Shown here one piece after another: positions 19,106 to 28,538 of a stretch of 64,000 nt of DNA. The stretch comes from a virus. Positions within the stretch are counted from its first letter, which is position 1. Each line of letters begins with the position of its first letter. The position numbers and the translations under genes are program-made. The DNA lies in IMG/VR virus record IMGVR_UViG_3300025009_000052; one strand, written 5' to 3'. The notes beneath the pieces were generated by a model that ran no database searches, was not told where the DNA came from, and worked only from the letters and a program-made list of their open reading frames with translations.

Positions 19106-20101
19106 TTAAACCTCGCCCTCTACAAAAACCTTTCTGCACCTTACTTTTGTAATACACTTACTGTAAATTACCATGTCTTTTACTTTTACCCTACACTTCA
19201 ACAACTTACCCTGATTGTAGTTAAGTGCTAATTCTGGGGTTGGAGATAAGTGCAAGCCACCGCCACATTCTCTGTTTTTATCTGGGTCAAAATCTGGGCA
19301 ATCAATTGTTTTACCAATTTCATATTTAATTTTACCTGTTTTAAAGTCTGTTAGGTTAGTTGGGCTAACCGATTTATAGAGAATTATTTCACCGTCTACT
19401 ACGTTTTCTGGGTAAACCTCTTTAAAGGTTTTTAAATTATGCTCTACTTGTTTTTGTCTAACGACAGTAACCGTTTTTACTTTTTTAAATTTAATATTTT
19501 GTCGTAATATTATTACAGAGTTTAAACTAGCTTCTAGTTTAACAGATGTTGATTCTACGGTAATAATACTCATTTCGGTAGCTGTAACCGTTGAGTTATC
19601 GCAAGCTCTAACCGTTGAGTTACCGTAAGCTGTAACCGTTGAGTTACCGTAAGCTGTAACCGTTGAGTTACCGTAAGCTGTAACCGTTGAGTTACCGTAA
19701 GCTGTAACCGTTGAGTTACCGTAAGCTGTAACCGTTGAGTTATCGCAAGCTCTAACCGTTGAGTTACCGTAAGCTGTAACCGTTGAGTTACCGTAAGCTG
19801 TAACCGTTGAGTTACCGTAAGCTGTAACCGTTGAGTTATCGCAAGCTCTAACCGTTGAGTTATCGCAAGCTCTAACCGTTGAGTTACCGTAAGCTGTAAC
19901 CGTTGAGTTATCGTAAGCTGTAACCGTTGAGTTATCGCAAGCTCTAACCGTTGAGTTACCGTAAGCTGTAACCGTTGAGTTATCGCAAGCTTTTCTGATT
20001 TCAATAACTTCTGAGCTTCTAATCTCTATTTCAGTAAATTCTTTGAAAGTTAAGGGTAAATTGTCTAAGTCTTTTTGTGTTTTAATCGTAATTATTTTCA
20101 T
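19106..20101 (-). CDS. Octapeptide-repeat (beta-solenoid) protein with C-terminal ECGGGLH domain
   Basis: 17 x A(Y/C)(G/D)NSTV(T/R); C-terminal YK...CGGGLH...KVRC domain common in phages. Confidence 0.8.
   Translation of the reverse strand: MKIITIKTQKDLDNLPLTFKEFTEIEIRSSEVIEIRKACDNSTVTAYGNSTVRACDNSTVTAYDNSTVTAYGNSTVRACDNSTVRACDNSTVTAYGNSTVTAYGNSTVTAYGNSTVRACDNSTVTAYGNSTVTAYGNSTVTAYGNSTVTAYGNSTVTAYGNSTVRACDNSTVTATEMSIITVESTSVKLEASLNSVIILRQNIKFKKVKTVTVVRQKQVEHNLKTFKEVYPENVVDGEIILYKSVSPTNLTDFKTGKIKYEIGKTIDCPDFDPDKNRECGGGLHLSPTPELALNYNQGKLLKCRVKVKDMVIYSKCITKVRCRKVFVEGEV
19583..19990. repeat. 24-bp tandem repeat, 17 copies
   Basis: Unit GTTGAGTTACCGTAAGCTGTAACC with few variant positions and no spacers. 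Confidence 0.95.
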
Positions 20102-20128
20102 TTTAATTCTCCTTTTATGTGTTAATTA

Positions 20129-20157
20129 AATATACCATACCTCATTTAATATTGCAA
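20129..20157 (-). promoter_or_regulatory. Sigma70-type early promoter
   Basis: TTGCAA-N17-TATATT with extended TG. Confidence 0.78.
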
Positions 20158-20234
20158 GTAAATAATAATCTATATGTTATCAACAGGATAGTCCTCAGAT
20201 TAACTGAGCGTCCATTTTTCCACAGGAGGAAAAA

Positions 20235-20639
20235 ATGAGTCTATCAAGAGAAGCAAGAGACATTCTAATTGTAGCAATGGCCAATAGAGCCAAGGCTAAT
20301 GAAGTAGCGGATGCAATTGACGCCGCTTCAGTCGCAAGTGTAGCTACTGTAGTAGCTGCTATTAGTTCTACCAACATGACCGCCGCTGTAGTTGCTGCAA
20401 CTACCTTTACAGCATCTGCTGGTACATTTGTTAATGCCGCTGAGCCAACTGGTGCCGAAATAGACACCGCCATTGACGAAGCTACCGCTAAGGTAAAAGC
20501 CGTAGTTGATATTAAGGCTGATAATGCAGATTTAGAAACCCTTAGAACAGAGGCCGAAGGAAGACTAGACGCTATTGAAACCAAAATCAATGCTGTTTTA
20601 ACTTCGTTAAAAGCTGCTGGAGTTATGGCGTCTGCATAG
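20235..20639 (+). CDS. Probable head fibre/decoration protein
   Basis: Ala-rich; C-terminal KINAVLTSLKAAGVMA typical of head fibres; strong RBS and own terminator. Confidence 0.6.
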   Translation: MSLSREARDILIVAMANRAKANEVADAIDAASVASVATVVAAISSTNMTAAVVAATTFTASAGTFVNAAEPTGAEIDTAIDEATAKVKAVVDIKADNADLETLRTEAEGRLDAIETKINAVLTSLKAAGVMASA

Positions 20640-20672
20640 TATTTAATAATTTCAAGTATTTAGGTTGTAGGG

Positions 20673-20701
20673 AAGCCCTTCTAAATGGAGGGCTTTATTT
20701 T
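20673..20701. terminator. Terminator between convergent genes
   Basis: AAGCCCT...AGGGCTT hairpin followed by T-rich tail. Confidence 0.7.
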
Positions 20702-21261
20702 AGTAATTTCAGTATTTTACTATGAACATCTAAGGCTTTTTCTTCACAAAAGACTTCCATATGCTCTATGTTAATCCCACTACTTAATATGTGAGAATTA
20801 ACAATTTTATACATATCCATTATTGTTTTCTGTTCTTGAAAGTCCCAAAACAATATATTAGGGATTATAGAGTGTCGTCCCAATAAATTTACCCGACATG
20901 TTTTCAGATTATTAGGTAACAATACTAAATGTAATGATTGAAACTCATGAAGTAAAACCCTGTATCTATATAGACAATCTTTGTATTTTTCTAAAACCAT
21001 TTGGTCAGTACTTCCTTGAGTTAAGTCGTAAATCATTGATTTTATAAAAGTCTTGTCCCACAAAACAATTAAGTCAGGATGTATAGATAATAAATCACGA
21101 ATCAAAATATAATCCTGGATAGATTCGTTAATTTCTCCATGGCCAAAAACCATTACTTTGTATCCTGATTTTTGCAATTCTAATCGCAATAATCGAATTT
21201 GAGTAGAGACACCAACCCCGCTCAGCCCGTCAATGGAAATTAGCCTTTCATTAATCTTCAT
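20695..21261 (-). CDS. Thymidylate-kinase-like protein with degenerate P-loop
   Basis: LISIDGLSGVGVSTQI (Val in place of the P-loop Lys); LWDK in place of DR. Confidence 0.65.
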   Translation of the reverse strand: MKINERLISIDGLSGVGVSTQIRLLRLELQKSGYKVMVFGHGEINESIQDYILIRDLLSIHPDLIVLWDKTFIKSMIYDLTQGSTDQMVLEKYKDCLYRYRVLLHEFQSLHLVLLPNNLKTCRVNLLGRHSIIPNILFWDFQEQKTIMDMYKIVNSHILSSGINIEHMEVFCEEKALDVHSKILKLLK

Positions 21262-21332
21262 ACTTTATATTACCACAATTTACCCTAAAAAGACAATCTT
21301 TAACCAGATATATATAAAATTAAGGAGATAAA

Positions 21333-21740
21333 ATGAGATTATCGGCTAAAATATTGGAAAATGTATCTAGTATAAATCATTGGAATTATGCTAATGAAGC
21401 TTATGTTTATGAGGGCCAAGCCAATACTATTTACTTACAACTAGTTGATTTATCTAAGCCAATTCAAGCTAGTTCGGAATTTCCAATGAGATATTCACCA
21501 ACGTCGGCTACTTTTTCTTTATCGGCTAAGTTTTCATCTGTAGATTCAGCCAAAGAATTTACCATAGTAGCAACTAAACCTTTTGCTGATGATAAATCAA
21601 TATTTAAAATTGATATTCCGTCAACTCAATTTCCTAGAACTGGTAATTTAATTCTTATTTTAACCGAAAACGGAACATCTAAAACATTTTTGGTAAAATC
21701 TGCTATAGTAGCGGAATTATTGAATGTTGGAGGGTGTTAA
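21333..21740 (+). CDS. Probable virion protein
   Basis: AATCTTTA motif and AAGGAG upstream; beta-rich. Confidence 0.55.
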   Translation: MRLSAKILENVSSINHWNYANEAYVYEGQANTIYLQLVDLSKPIQASSEFPMRYSPTSATFSLSAKFSSVDSAKEFTIVATKPFADDKSIFKIDIPSTQFPRTGNLILILTENGTSKTFLVKSAIVAELLNVGGC

Positions 21741-21741
21741 G

Positions 21742-22560
21742 ATGGCTGACTATACTATTTCTAAGGAAATTACAAATAATGTTTATCCCGTTATCAGTTC
21801 GGCTACGTCTGATTTATTGGGTAGGTGTGAGCCCTTAATAACACCGGATAAATTAAAATTGCTTTATTTGAAGGGAATTGATCTTTCAGATTACTCTTCG
21901 GATGATTTAAAAATACTTATCGAATATGCTGTAAATACTTTTGAATCAGAAAGTAAGCTTTTTGTAAATAAAGTACAGATGAAAGAAAGGATTCCATACG
22001 ACCGAGCACTTTATGCAAAGTTTCTCTATATGAAAACCCAACATGGGCCCATAATTTCAGTTGAAGATTTATCGGTAGTTTCAAGTAATGGTGAGAATAT
22101 ATTTAGATTACCAGCTTCGTGGGTAGATATGGGTCAGTCACATAGGCGGCAATTGAATTTACTACCTATTTTAGCCTTATTAGGCGCTAATTCTCTTGTA
22201 GATGGAAGTCAAAATAACGCCGGGTTAGTTTTTTTACAAGCTATAAATGGATTCTCTTGGCTTCCTGCTTTCTGGACAGTTACCTACACGGTTGGATTAA
22301 GTCACATAGAAGGCCAGGTTCCTAAAATAGTTAATGAAATTATAGGTATGATAGCGGCTATCGATATTTTAAGCGCAAAACAAGCCCAAATAAAATACAA
22401 CAGTACGAGTATTAGCCAAGATTCTCTTGCACAATCTTCAAGTGGGCCCGGTAACCAAACCTACCAACCCAGAATTCAAATGTTAGAAGAAAAGAAAGCT
22501 AAAATGATGGGTCAAGTTAAGGCTAAGTTTTTTCAAAAATATTACCTTTCAAACGTATAA
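21742..22560 (+). CDS. Head-tail adaptor/neck protein
   Basis: LITPDKLK..YLKGI, WTVTYTVG...VPKIVNEIIG, STSISQDSLAQSSS resemble SPO1/Twort-like neck proteins. Confidence 0.65.
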   Translation: MADYTISKEITNNVYPVISSATSDLLGRCEPLITPDKLKLLYLKGIDLSDYSSDDLKILIEYAVNTFESESKLFVNKVQMKERIPYDRALYAKFLYMKTQHGPIISVEDLSVVSSNGENIFRLPASWVDMGQSHRRQLNLLPILALLGANSLVDGSQNNAGLVFLQAINGFSWLPAFWTVTYTVGLSHIEGQVPKIVNEIIGMIAAIDILSAKQAQIKYNSTSISQDSLAQSSSGPGNQTYQPRIQMLEEKKAKMMGQVKAKFFQKYYLSNV

Positions 22561-22620
22561 AGTAATTTTATTTATAGTATAAATATGTGGACTTATTCGT
22601 AAAGTATGGTATAATAAGGT

Positions 22621-24489
22621 ATGGGTAGGGGAATCAAAATACTAATAGATAAAGACCGACTAATAGATTTATATCTAAACCAAAACAAGACTATACCCGA
22701 AACAGCTAAGGAATTGAATTGTGGCCACACTAGTATTATAAGATATCTCAAGAAATACAATATTACTAAACCCTTAGAGTTAAAACACCAAAATGTTTCG
22801 AGATCAAATCGAAGAATAGATCATCAAAAGTTAATTGACGACTATTTGGTTAATAAAATGCTTACTCCTGAAATAGCTAAAAAATATAACACCAATGTAT
22901 CGTCTGTTGCAAGGATATTGTCCGATCACAATGTTGATGTGGACGATCGATATAGGCAATACCGAAAAAAAGTAGCCGACGACAATATTCCCTATAAAGA
23001 TATTATTGAATTGTATATTAATCAAAATAAGACAGCTTTAGAGGTGGCAAATATTCTTAAAATAAGTGAATTTAAAATTAGAAAGTGTATGGATAAAATA
23101 GGCACAAAGAAAACGAAAGAAATGTGGACTAAGTTAAATACTAATAAAGACACGCAATGGGATTTACTAAAAAATCCAGAATGGTTTTACCAAAAATATA
23201 TTTCAGAAAACAAGACTATAATTGAGGTTGCTAAGGAGGCTGGGTCAACCATTAGAATGGCTAGGCTTTATCGGATTAAGTATGGTTTTAAAAAGAGTAC
23301 CGAGCAGAAGGGTAGTTTTTTACAAAAAAATAACAGTAATGTTAAAGATAAAGAATGGCTATATCAAAAGTATATTGTAGAGAATACTAGAATTATCGAA
23401 ATAGCCGAACAGGAAAATATTAGTATGTGGTTGGTTGAATATTATATTCATAAGTTTAACCTACACAAAAGCCATGCGCTCAAAAGAAAGCTTAGGATAG
23501 AAACTAATATAAGCAGGGGGAACCAGACTTGTATTTTTGGGCAAACGATCGATGAATTGGCGGAACAATACAAATTATCACATTCTTTTACTTGGTCTTT
23601 GTTTAAGAGGAATTCCTTCTCCACCTATGAAGAATTACACTCTTTTTTGGCTAAAATCAGTATAGATAGATTTACTAGTTTAGAACTGTATACCAATAAG
23701 CTTTTGGGGCTAGAGAATTATAATCAAAAAGCACACCTCACATTAAACTATAAGCCGGATTTCAAAATAAGTGACATTTTATATTTAAACGTTGATGGTT
23801 TGTATTGGCACTGTGAAAAAGAGGTGGACGATAGTTACTATCATTTTACCATGAGACAAAAATATGAGGAGTTAGGTCTGCAAATTCTCCAATTCCGTGA
23901 AAACGATATTTATAAAAATCCTGAAATAGTCAAGTCTATTGTGAATAATAAGACAAATACTAATATTGCAACTATCTACGGTCGTAAAACTGAAATTAAA
24001 GAAGTAAAAACTGAGGACGCTAAAGAATTCCTAACTAGGTGCCATTTAAAGGGCTATTTTTCGGGAAAACACATAGGTCTGTATTATAATGGCAATCTTA
24101 AGAGTGTGCTAAGTTATAAGATTTACGATAAAAACACCCTTAAAGTTGAAAGATTCTGTACAGATTTGAATACTAGAATTATTGGTGGGTTCTCTAAGTT
24201 ATTAAAATATTTAGAAAGAAATGAGAGTTTTAAAGAAGTTTATTATTGGGTTGATTTAAAGTATGGAACTGGTAAATTTTTAGAGCAATTGGGATTCCAA
24301 CACTCTCACGATACTTTAGGTTGGGAATGGACGGATAAGTTTGATACCTTTAATCGTAGAAGGTGTCGGGCTAATATGGATGAGAGGAAGCTTAAAGAAC
24401 GTGAATATGCCAATGAATTAAAATGGTATAAGATTTACGATGCTGGTCAGAGGTTATTTGTGAGGAAATATGTACAAACTACTACTTAA
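22621..24489 (+). CDS. Second Hef-like homing endonuclease with repeated HTH modules
   Basis: Repeated LYQKYI..NKT..EIA units; KPDF...NVDGLYWH, IYGRKT, YWVDLKYGTG, IYDAGQ. Confidence 0.78.
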   Translation: MGRGIKILIDKDRLIDLYLNQNKTIPETAKELNCGHTSIIRYLKKYNITKPLELKHQNVSRSNRRIDHQKLIDDYLVNKMLTPEIAKKYNTNVSSVARILSDHNVDVDDRYRQYRKKVADDNIPYKDIIELYINQNKTALEVANILKISEFKIRKCMDKIGTKKTKEMWTKLNTNKDTQWDLLKNPEWFYQKYISENKTIIEVAKEAGSTIRMARLYRIKYGFKKSTEQKGSFLQKNNSNVKDKEWLYQKYIVENTRIIEIAEQENISMWLVEYYIHKFNLHKSHALKRKLRIETNISRGNQTCIFGQTIDELAEQYKLSHSFTWSLFKRNSFSTYEELHSFLAKISIDRFTSLELYTNKLLGLENYNQKAHLTLNYKPDFKISDILYLNVDGLYWHCEKEVDDSYYHFTMRQKYEELGLQILQFRENDIYKNPEIVKSIVNNKTNTNIATIYGRKTEIKEVKTEDAKEFLTRCHLKGYFSGKHIGLYYNGNLKSVLSYKIYDKNTLKVERFCTDLNTRIIGGFSKLLKYLERNESFKEVYYWVDLKYGTGKFLEQLGFQHSHDTLGWEWTDKFDTFNRRRCRANMDERKLKEREYANELKWYKIYDAGQRLFVRKYVQTTT

Positions 24490-25681
24490 AACAATCGAAA
24501 AGCAAAAAGAAGATAAACTCAATTTTATCAACAATTTACATAAAAGTATTGGTGAAAAACCCAATGCTATTTTAAATCGACAACCTCACTTTATATTTTC
24601 CACTGAAAATCCCAGATACCCTACTAAAACCAAAATGACTCATGAGGATGTCTTAGATCTTTTGAGAGACAAGGGTTATGATGCTCACGAAATGTATGGG
24701 GTGGATGAGATTGAGGGAAAATATGGAGATAAAGAAAAAAGTATTTTAATTCACAATCCACATATTAGATCAATACCTCATTTACACCAATTAGTTCAAG
24801 CACTTGGACAAGAATCAAGCCTATATTCTTCAGGACTAAACAGCGAACTTCACTTCCATTCAGGCCCAAATGCCGGTCAACATATGAAAGGAACTGGAAC
24901 AGATATTCCTAAAGTTAAGCCAAATGATAATTATTCCGAAACAAAAGACGGTATGGTTTTCCAACACAACATGGATCACGAAAATCTATATCCGATGTCC
25001 GAATCTATGTTAAAAATGAAACCTACTAAGATTAACAAATCAGAGTTTTATGCTAAAAATGGATTTTATTTATGTAAAAATCAGGATAAGCATCCTTTAG
25101 AAGACCATAATCCAGATACTAAATTGATCCACTACTCCCCCCAACAAGGATTAACCGAATTGGATCCAGAACATCACGGGGTCAGGGGAATAGGTTCCGA
25201 AGCTAAACAAGGTAAACCGGAACATCCAATGTCTTTCTTTTATTTAGAAAATACTGAGCCAGAACATATTGTAACATCTGGATCTAAAAGTAAATACATT
25301 ACTTCTTTAGGTAGTAAAAAACTTTATGATATTGGCAAAGATAGTCATAATTTGTGGAGTCAAGCTGAAGAAATTGCTCAGAAAAGACAGACCAATCCTG
25401 GTGTAGTTAGAAAAGAAGATTTCCACAATGCTATTAGAAATGCTGGTTACCATGGAATCTATAATTCTAGCTTAGGCGATACCATGAAAAATGTGGTCGG
25501 GATGTTTGAAAAAATGCCAATTGAAAAAGAAGTTCCAATGCATCCGATGGATTTTAAAAGAACTACTAGTTTTGATCACAACAGTAATAAACAGATTCAC
25601 AGTAGTGCAGAACAATACGCTAATGAATTTGGACACCACGATCCTAAGTTTTTGGCAAAATTGAAAATGTCCTTGAGGTAG
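24470..25681 (+). CDS. Putative internal head protein: SAM-lyase-like + ART-PolyVal-like domains
   Basis: FIFSTEN..H..VL..LR..EGKYG..EKSIL..GQESSLY; then LIHYS...LDP...FFY...LYD...AGYHGI; LHKS/INKS junctions. Confidence 0.55.
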   Translation: MYKLLLKTIEKQKEDKLNFINNLHKSIGEKPNAILNRQPHFIFSTENPRYPTKTKMTHEDVLDLLRDKGYDAHEMYGVDEIEGKYGDKEKSILIHNPHIRSIPHLHQLVQALGQESSLYSSGLNSELHFHSGPNAGQHMKGTGTDIPKVKPNDNYSETKDGMVFQHNMDHENLYPMSESMLKMKPTKINKSEFYAKNGFYLCKNQDKHPLEDHNPDTKLIHYSPQQGLTELDPEHHGVRGIGSEAKQGKPEHPMSFFYLENTEPEHIVTSGSKSKYITSLGSKKLYDIGKDSHNLWSQAEEIAQKRQTNPGVVRKEDFHNAIRNAGYHGIYNSSLGDTMKNVVGMFEKMPIEKEVPMHPMDFKRTTSFDHNSNKQIHSSAEQYANEFGHHDPKFLAKLKMSLR

Positions 25682-25683
25682 TT

Positions 25684-28491
25684 ATGGCAGTTAGAAAAAT
25701 AAAACACCCTATATTGAATCCCGATAAATCTATTAACCATACAAAAGTTAGGAAACATATTAAATCCGACCTGTTTACTCCCGAGGAATATGTCAATATG
25801 CTTTCTGGGCATTATCATGACGACCTTACTGCCGATGCGGTTCCAGAGCCATATTTAAAAAACAAACACAATACACCAGAAAACAACGCAAAGGTTTTAA
25901 ACAAGTATCTAAAAAGATTAAAAAATAGCGGTAAAAAGTCTGAATATGGGAACCCTAATTCAGAAAATATCAATAAACTAATTAGGCGATATAAGCTACC
26001 TAGTTCCACTATACATAAGTTTATTGAGAATCCAAAGTCTTTTGGAAGTAATCCTAAAGATAAGTACTGGACACCTCAAGTATCGGAGATAAATCCAGAT
26101 AGCTTGGAAAAAGAGCACCTATATAAAATCGCAGCTAAACATCCTGATAAGTTAAGTGATTATATTGACCATCAACATTTTGACGATAATTTAATTAAAA
26201 ACCATTTACTCCACAATAACAAATCTCTAGGTGGTTTAGATAGTGGTGTTATTTCAAAACTGGCCGCTAATCCAAATTTACACGGTGGAGATGCTTTAAA
26301 AATCTTAGAAAGTTCGCCTACCCATCAGATTAGTAGTGAGACGGCAGGGAGGTTATTAGATAAAATACCTGAAAACGAACGTCACGAATTTATCGATAAA
26401 ACCTTAGGTATAACTGGTGGACACCACAATGACGAATTTGATGAAGAAAGCCTGAGAGAGGGTGGGGTAAGTGAAGAAGATATTCAGAAGGCTAAGGATA
26501 ATTGGAATGAGGATGATAATTGGGACGCATGGAGAGATGGAATTAATCATAGCCCACAATTAAGTGCTAAATTTGCTGGTTACGATAAATTAAAAGACCA
26601 TCAAATAGACCATATTATGAGACATGGAGATACTGACTCTAAGATCAAACTGTACCACAATGAAAAAATAGATCCTAAATATGGCTCTAAAATGTTGGAA
26701 AAATGGTATAACGACGATAGTCATCATGGTTATGACTCAGAACATTTGAAGGATTTTTTAAAAGAAGAAAATAGAGATTTTGTTTGGGAAGATTCTTTTG
26801 AAGAGGGTACTGAAAAAGCTAGGAATGATTATTCGATAGGTGAATATCTTAGTGATAATAGAAACGATGGTATGAGTGATGAGGATATTGCGGAATATGA
26901 AGAAAATGGGAATCTCCCAGATCATGTCTATGAGGGCTATGATCAAGTTATAGACGAAAGAGCTCAGGATTATATAGACGGCATTATGGACGATCATTTT
27001 GATAATTCTTTAGAAAACGAAGATTATATTCCCAATCATATTAAAGAACACTCACCGATTGTAAAGCAGCTTAGAGAAAAAAGAAGAGCTAGGGAAGATA
27101 ATAAAGCCCTAGAACAGGCCCAAGAAGAAGAGGATAACAATAAAGACTTTTTGGACCAGTCTGTACCAAAAAGAACTCACGAACATGAATACGGCGAAAA
27201 TCTACACCAACATGAAATGCTTAAGGATTATGCAGATCAAAACGGTGGTTCTATTGATGTAGGTAAAATGCACAAAATGTTTCCTAATTTAAAAGATACT
27301 TGGAAGCAAATATTTGGAAACCAAGGGAAGCTTTCTTCTAAGGAAATTCAAGAAAAGATAGACCAAATTCCTAAAACCAAATACAACGTATCCTATCGGA
27401 ATTGGGATGGAATGCAGAGAACCAATGGTAATGAGCAGGTGGTTTTTAGATTAGACCATAGTCCAGAATCTTTATCTAAGCTAAAGGAAGATCCTGAATT
27501 GTACGATACTTTTAAGAAAGTACAAGAGGTTTCTCAAAGAAGCGGTCACCCAACTAACTTAAATACTATTGGATGGGCTCGGGTTGACACAAGTAATCCA
27601 AAACACTGGCTTACAGATGAATTACAAAGCGACTTCGGGTCCACTGCTAGGGATTATTTAAAAAGAGAAGGAGCCCATGATAAGGCTGGACACATGGATA
27701 AGATAATTCAACACCATAAAGATTGGCGTGAAAATTTATTAAATTTAGTTATCAAAGAAGCTAAAAAACACGGTGTTGAGAAGGTATCTACCCATTCTCC
27801 TGAAAGTAAAGCCGCCCATACTGGAGCCGATAAAGCCCATTCTGTCTACAATGATAGTTACAAGAAAGTACCTCGTAAGATGGGTTTTTTACCATCTAAA
27901 GCTGATAGCTTACCATTAGATGACGAAGGTAGGGAAGTTTTCATGAGTAAGAAGGGAAATGCAGATGATTTTGAAAATCACCAAAATGCTTTTAATTTTC
28001 ACAATAATATGTACCACGCTCACCATAGTAATAATCTAGATCAAGGTGCTTTTGACGATCCTCATATGGGTACTAGATTTAGTTTAGCAAATAGCCATAA
28101 AACATTAGCTACTCAGCATTTAGATAGGATGCGACAAATTGATCCTACTATTAAATACAATAGTTTAAAAAATCAATTAAAACCCGAAGCTATTAGTTTT
28201 AACTCAAAGCCATATGCTGGTGAATATAAAAACAGGGCTGACGAAAATCTATCTGCTAATAAGGTAGAGAGCCATAGTCATGACCTCCTATTAGAAAACA
28301 AACCTATTGTAGCCGAATCTCACCCAGCCCATACCCTTGACCTAAGACCTAAAATAATGCAAAAAACTATGCAAATAGCTGATTTATTGTTAAAAACGGA
28401 ATTAGCTTACTTCTTAGGCAAACAAAAGAATTTAGAAGTTAACCATTTGCTTAAGAATGTGGTAGAATTAAGGAAGAGCTTAGGTTATTAG
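25684..28491 (+). CDS. Large putative internal head protein: helical repeats + GNAT-like domain
   Basis: KLAANPNL-type repeats; IGWARV...DELQSD...LLNLVIKEAKKHGVEKV...RKMGF; C-terminal MQKT/LLKT/LRKS. Confidence 0.5.
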   Translation: MAVRKIKHPILNPDKSINHTKVRKHIKSDLFTPEEYVNMLSGHYHDDLTADAVPEPYLKNKHNTPENNAKVLNKYLKRLKNSGKKSEYGNPNSENINKLIRRYKLPSSTIHKFIENPKSFGSNPKDKYWTPQVSEINPDSLEKEHLYKIAAKHPDKLSDYIDHQHFDDNLIKNHLLHNNKSLGGLDSGVISKLAANPNLHGGDALKILESSPTHQISSETAGRLLDKIPENERHEFIDKTLGITGGHHNDEFDEESLREGGVSEEDIQKAKDNWNEDDNWDAWRDGINHSPQLSAKFAGYDKLKDHQIDHIMRHGDTDSKIKLYHNEKIDPKYGSKMLEKWYNDDSHHGYDSEHLKDFLKEENRDFVWEDSFEEGTEKARNDYSIGEYLSDNRNDGMSDEDIAEYEENGNLPDHVYEGYDQVIDERAQDYIDGIMDDHFDNSLENEDYIPNHIKEHSPIVKQLREKRRAREDNKALEQAQEEEDNNKDFLDQSVPKRTHEHEYGENLHQHEMLKDYADQNGGSIDVGKMHKMFPNLKDTWKQIFGNQGKLSSKEIQEKIDQIPKTKYNVSYRNWDGMQRTNGNEQVVFRLDHSPESLSKLKEDPELYDTFKKVQEVSQRSGHPTNLNTIGWARVDTSNPKHWLTDELQSDFGSTARDYLKREGAHDKAGHMDKIIQHHKDWRENLLNLVIKEAKKHGVEKVSTHSPESKAAHTGADKAHSVYNDSYKKVPRKMGFLPSKADSLPLDDEGREVFMSKKGNADDFENHQNAFNFHNNMYHAHHSNNLDQGAFDDPHMGTRFSLANSHKTLATQHLDRMRQIDPTIKYNSLKNQLKPEAISFNSKPYAGEYKNRADENLSANKVESHSHDLLLENKPIVAESHPAHTLDLRPKIMQKTMQIADLLLKTELAYFLGKQKNLEVNHLLKNVVELRKSLGY

Positions 28492-28538
28492 CTATCTATT
28501 AAATCTTAATCTATAATCTATTGTGAGGATTTATTAAA

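Noticed and set aside
19583-19990. CRISPR array or DGR template/variable repeat
   Set aside because: Contiguous 24-bp units with no spacers, in frame within a gene; variation is not adenine-specific and there is no reverse transcriptase in the window
19570-20004. Overlapping 144-aa ORF (LTVTQRLQ repeats)
   Set aside because: By-product of a stop-free repeat unit; no RBS
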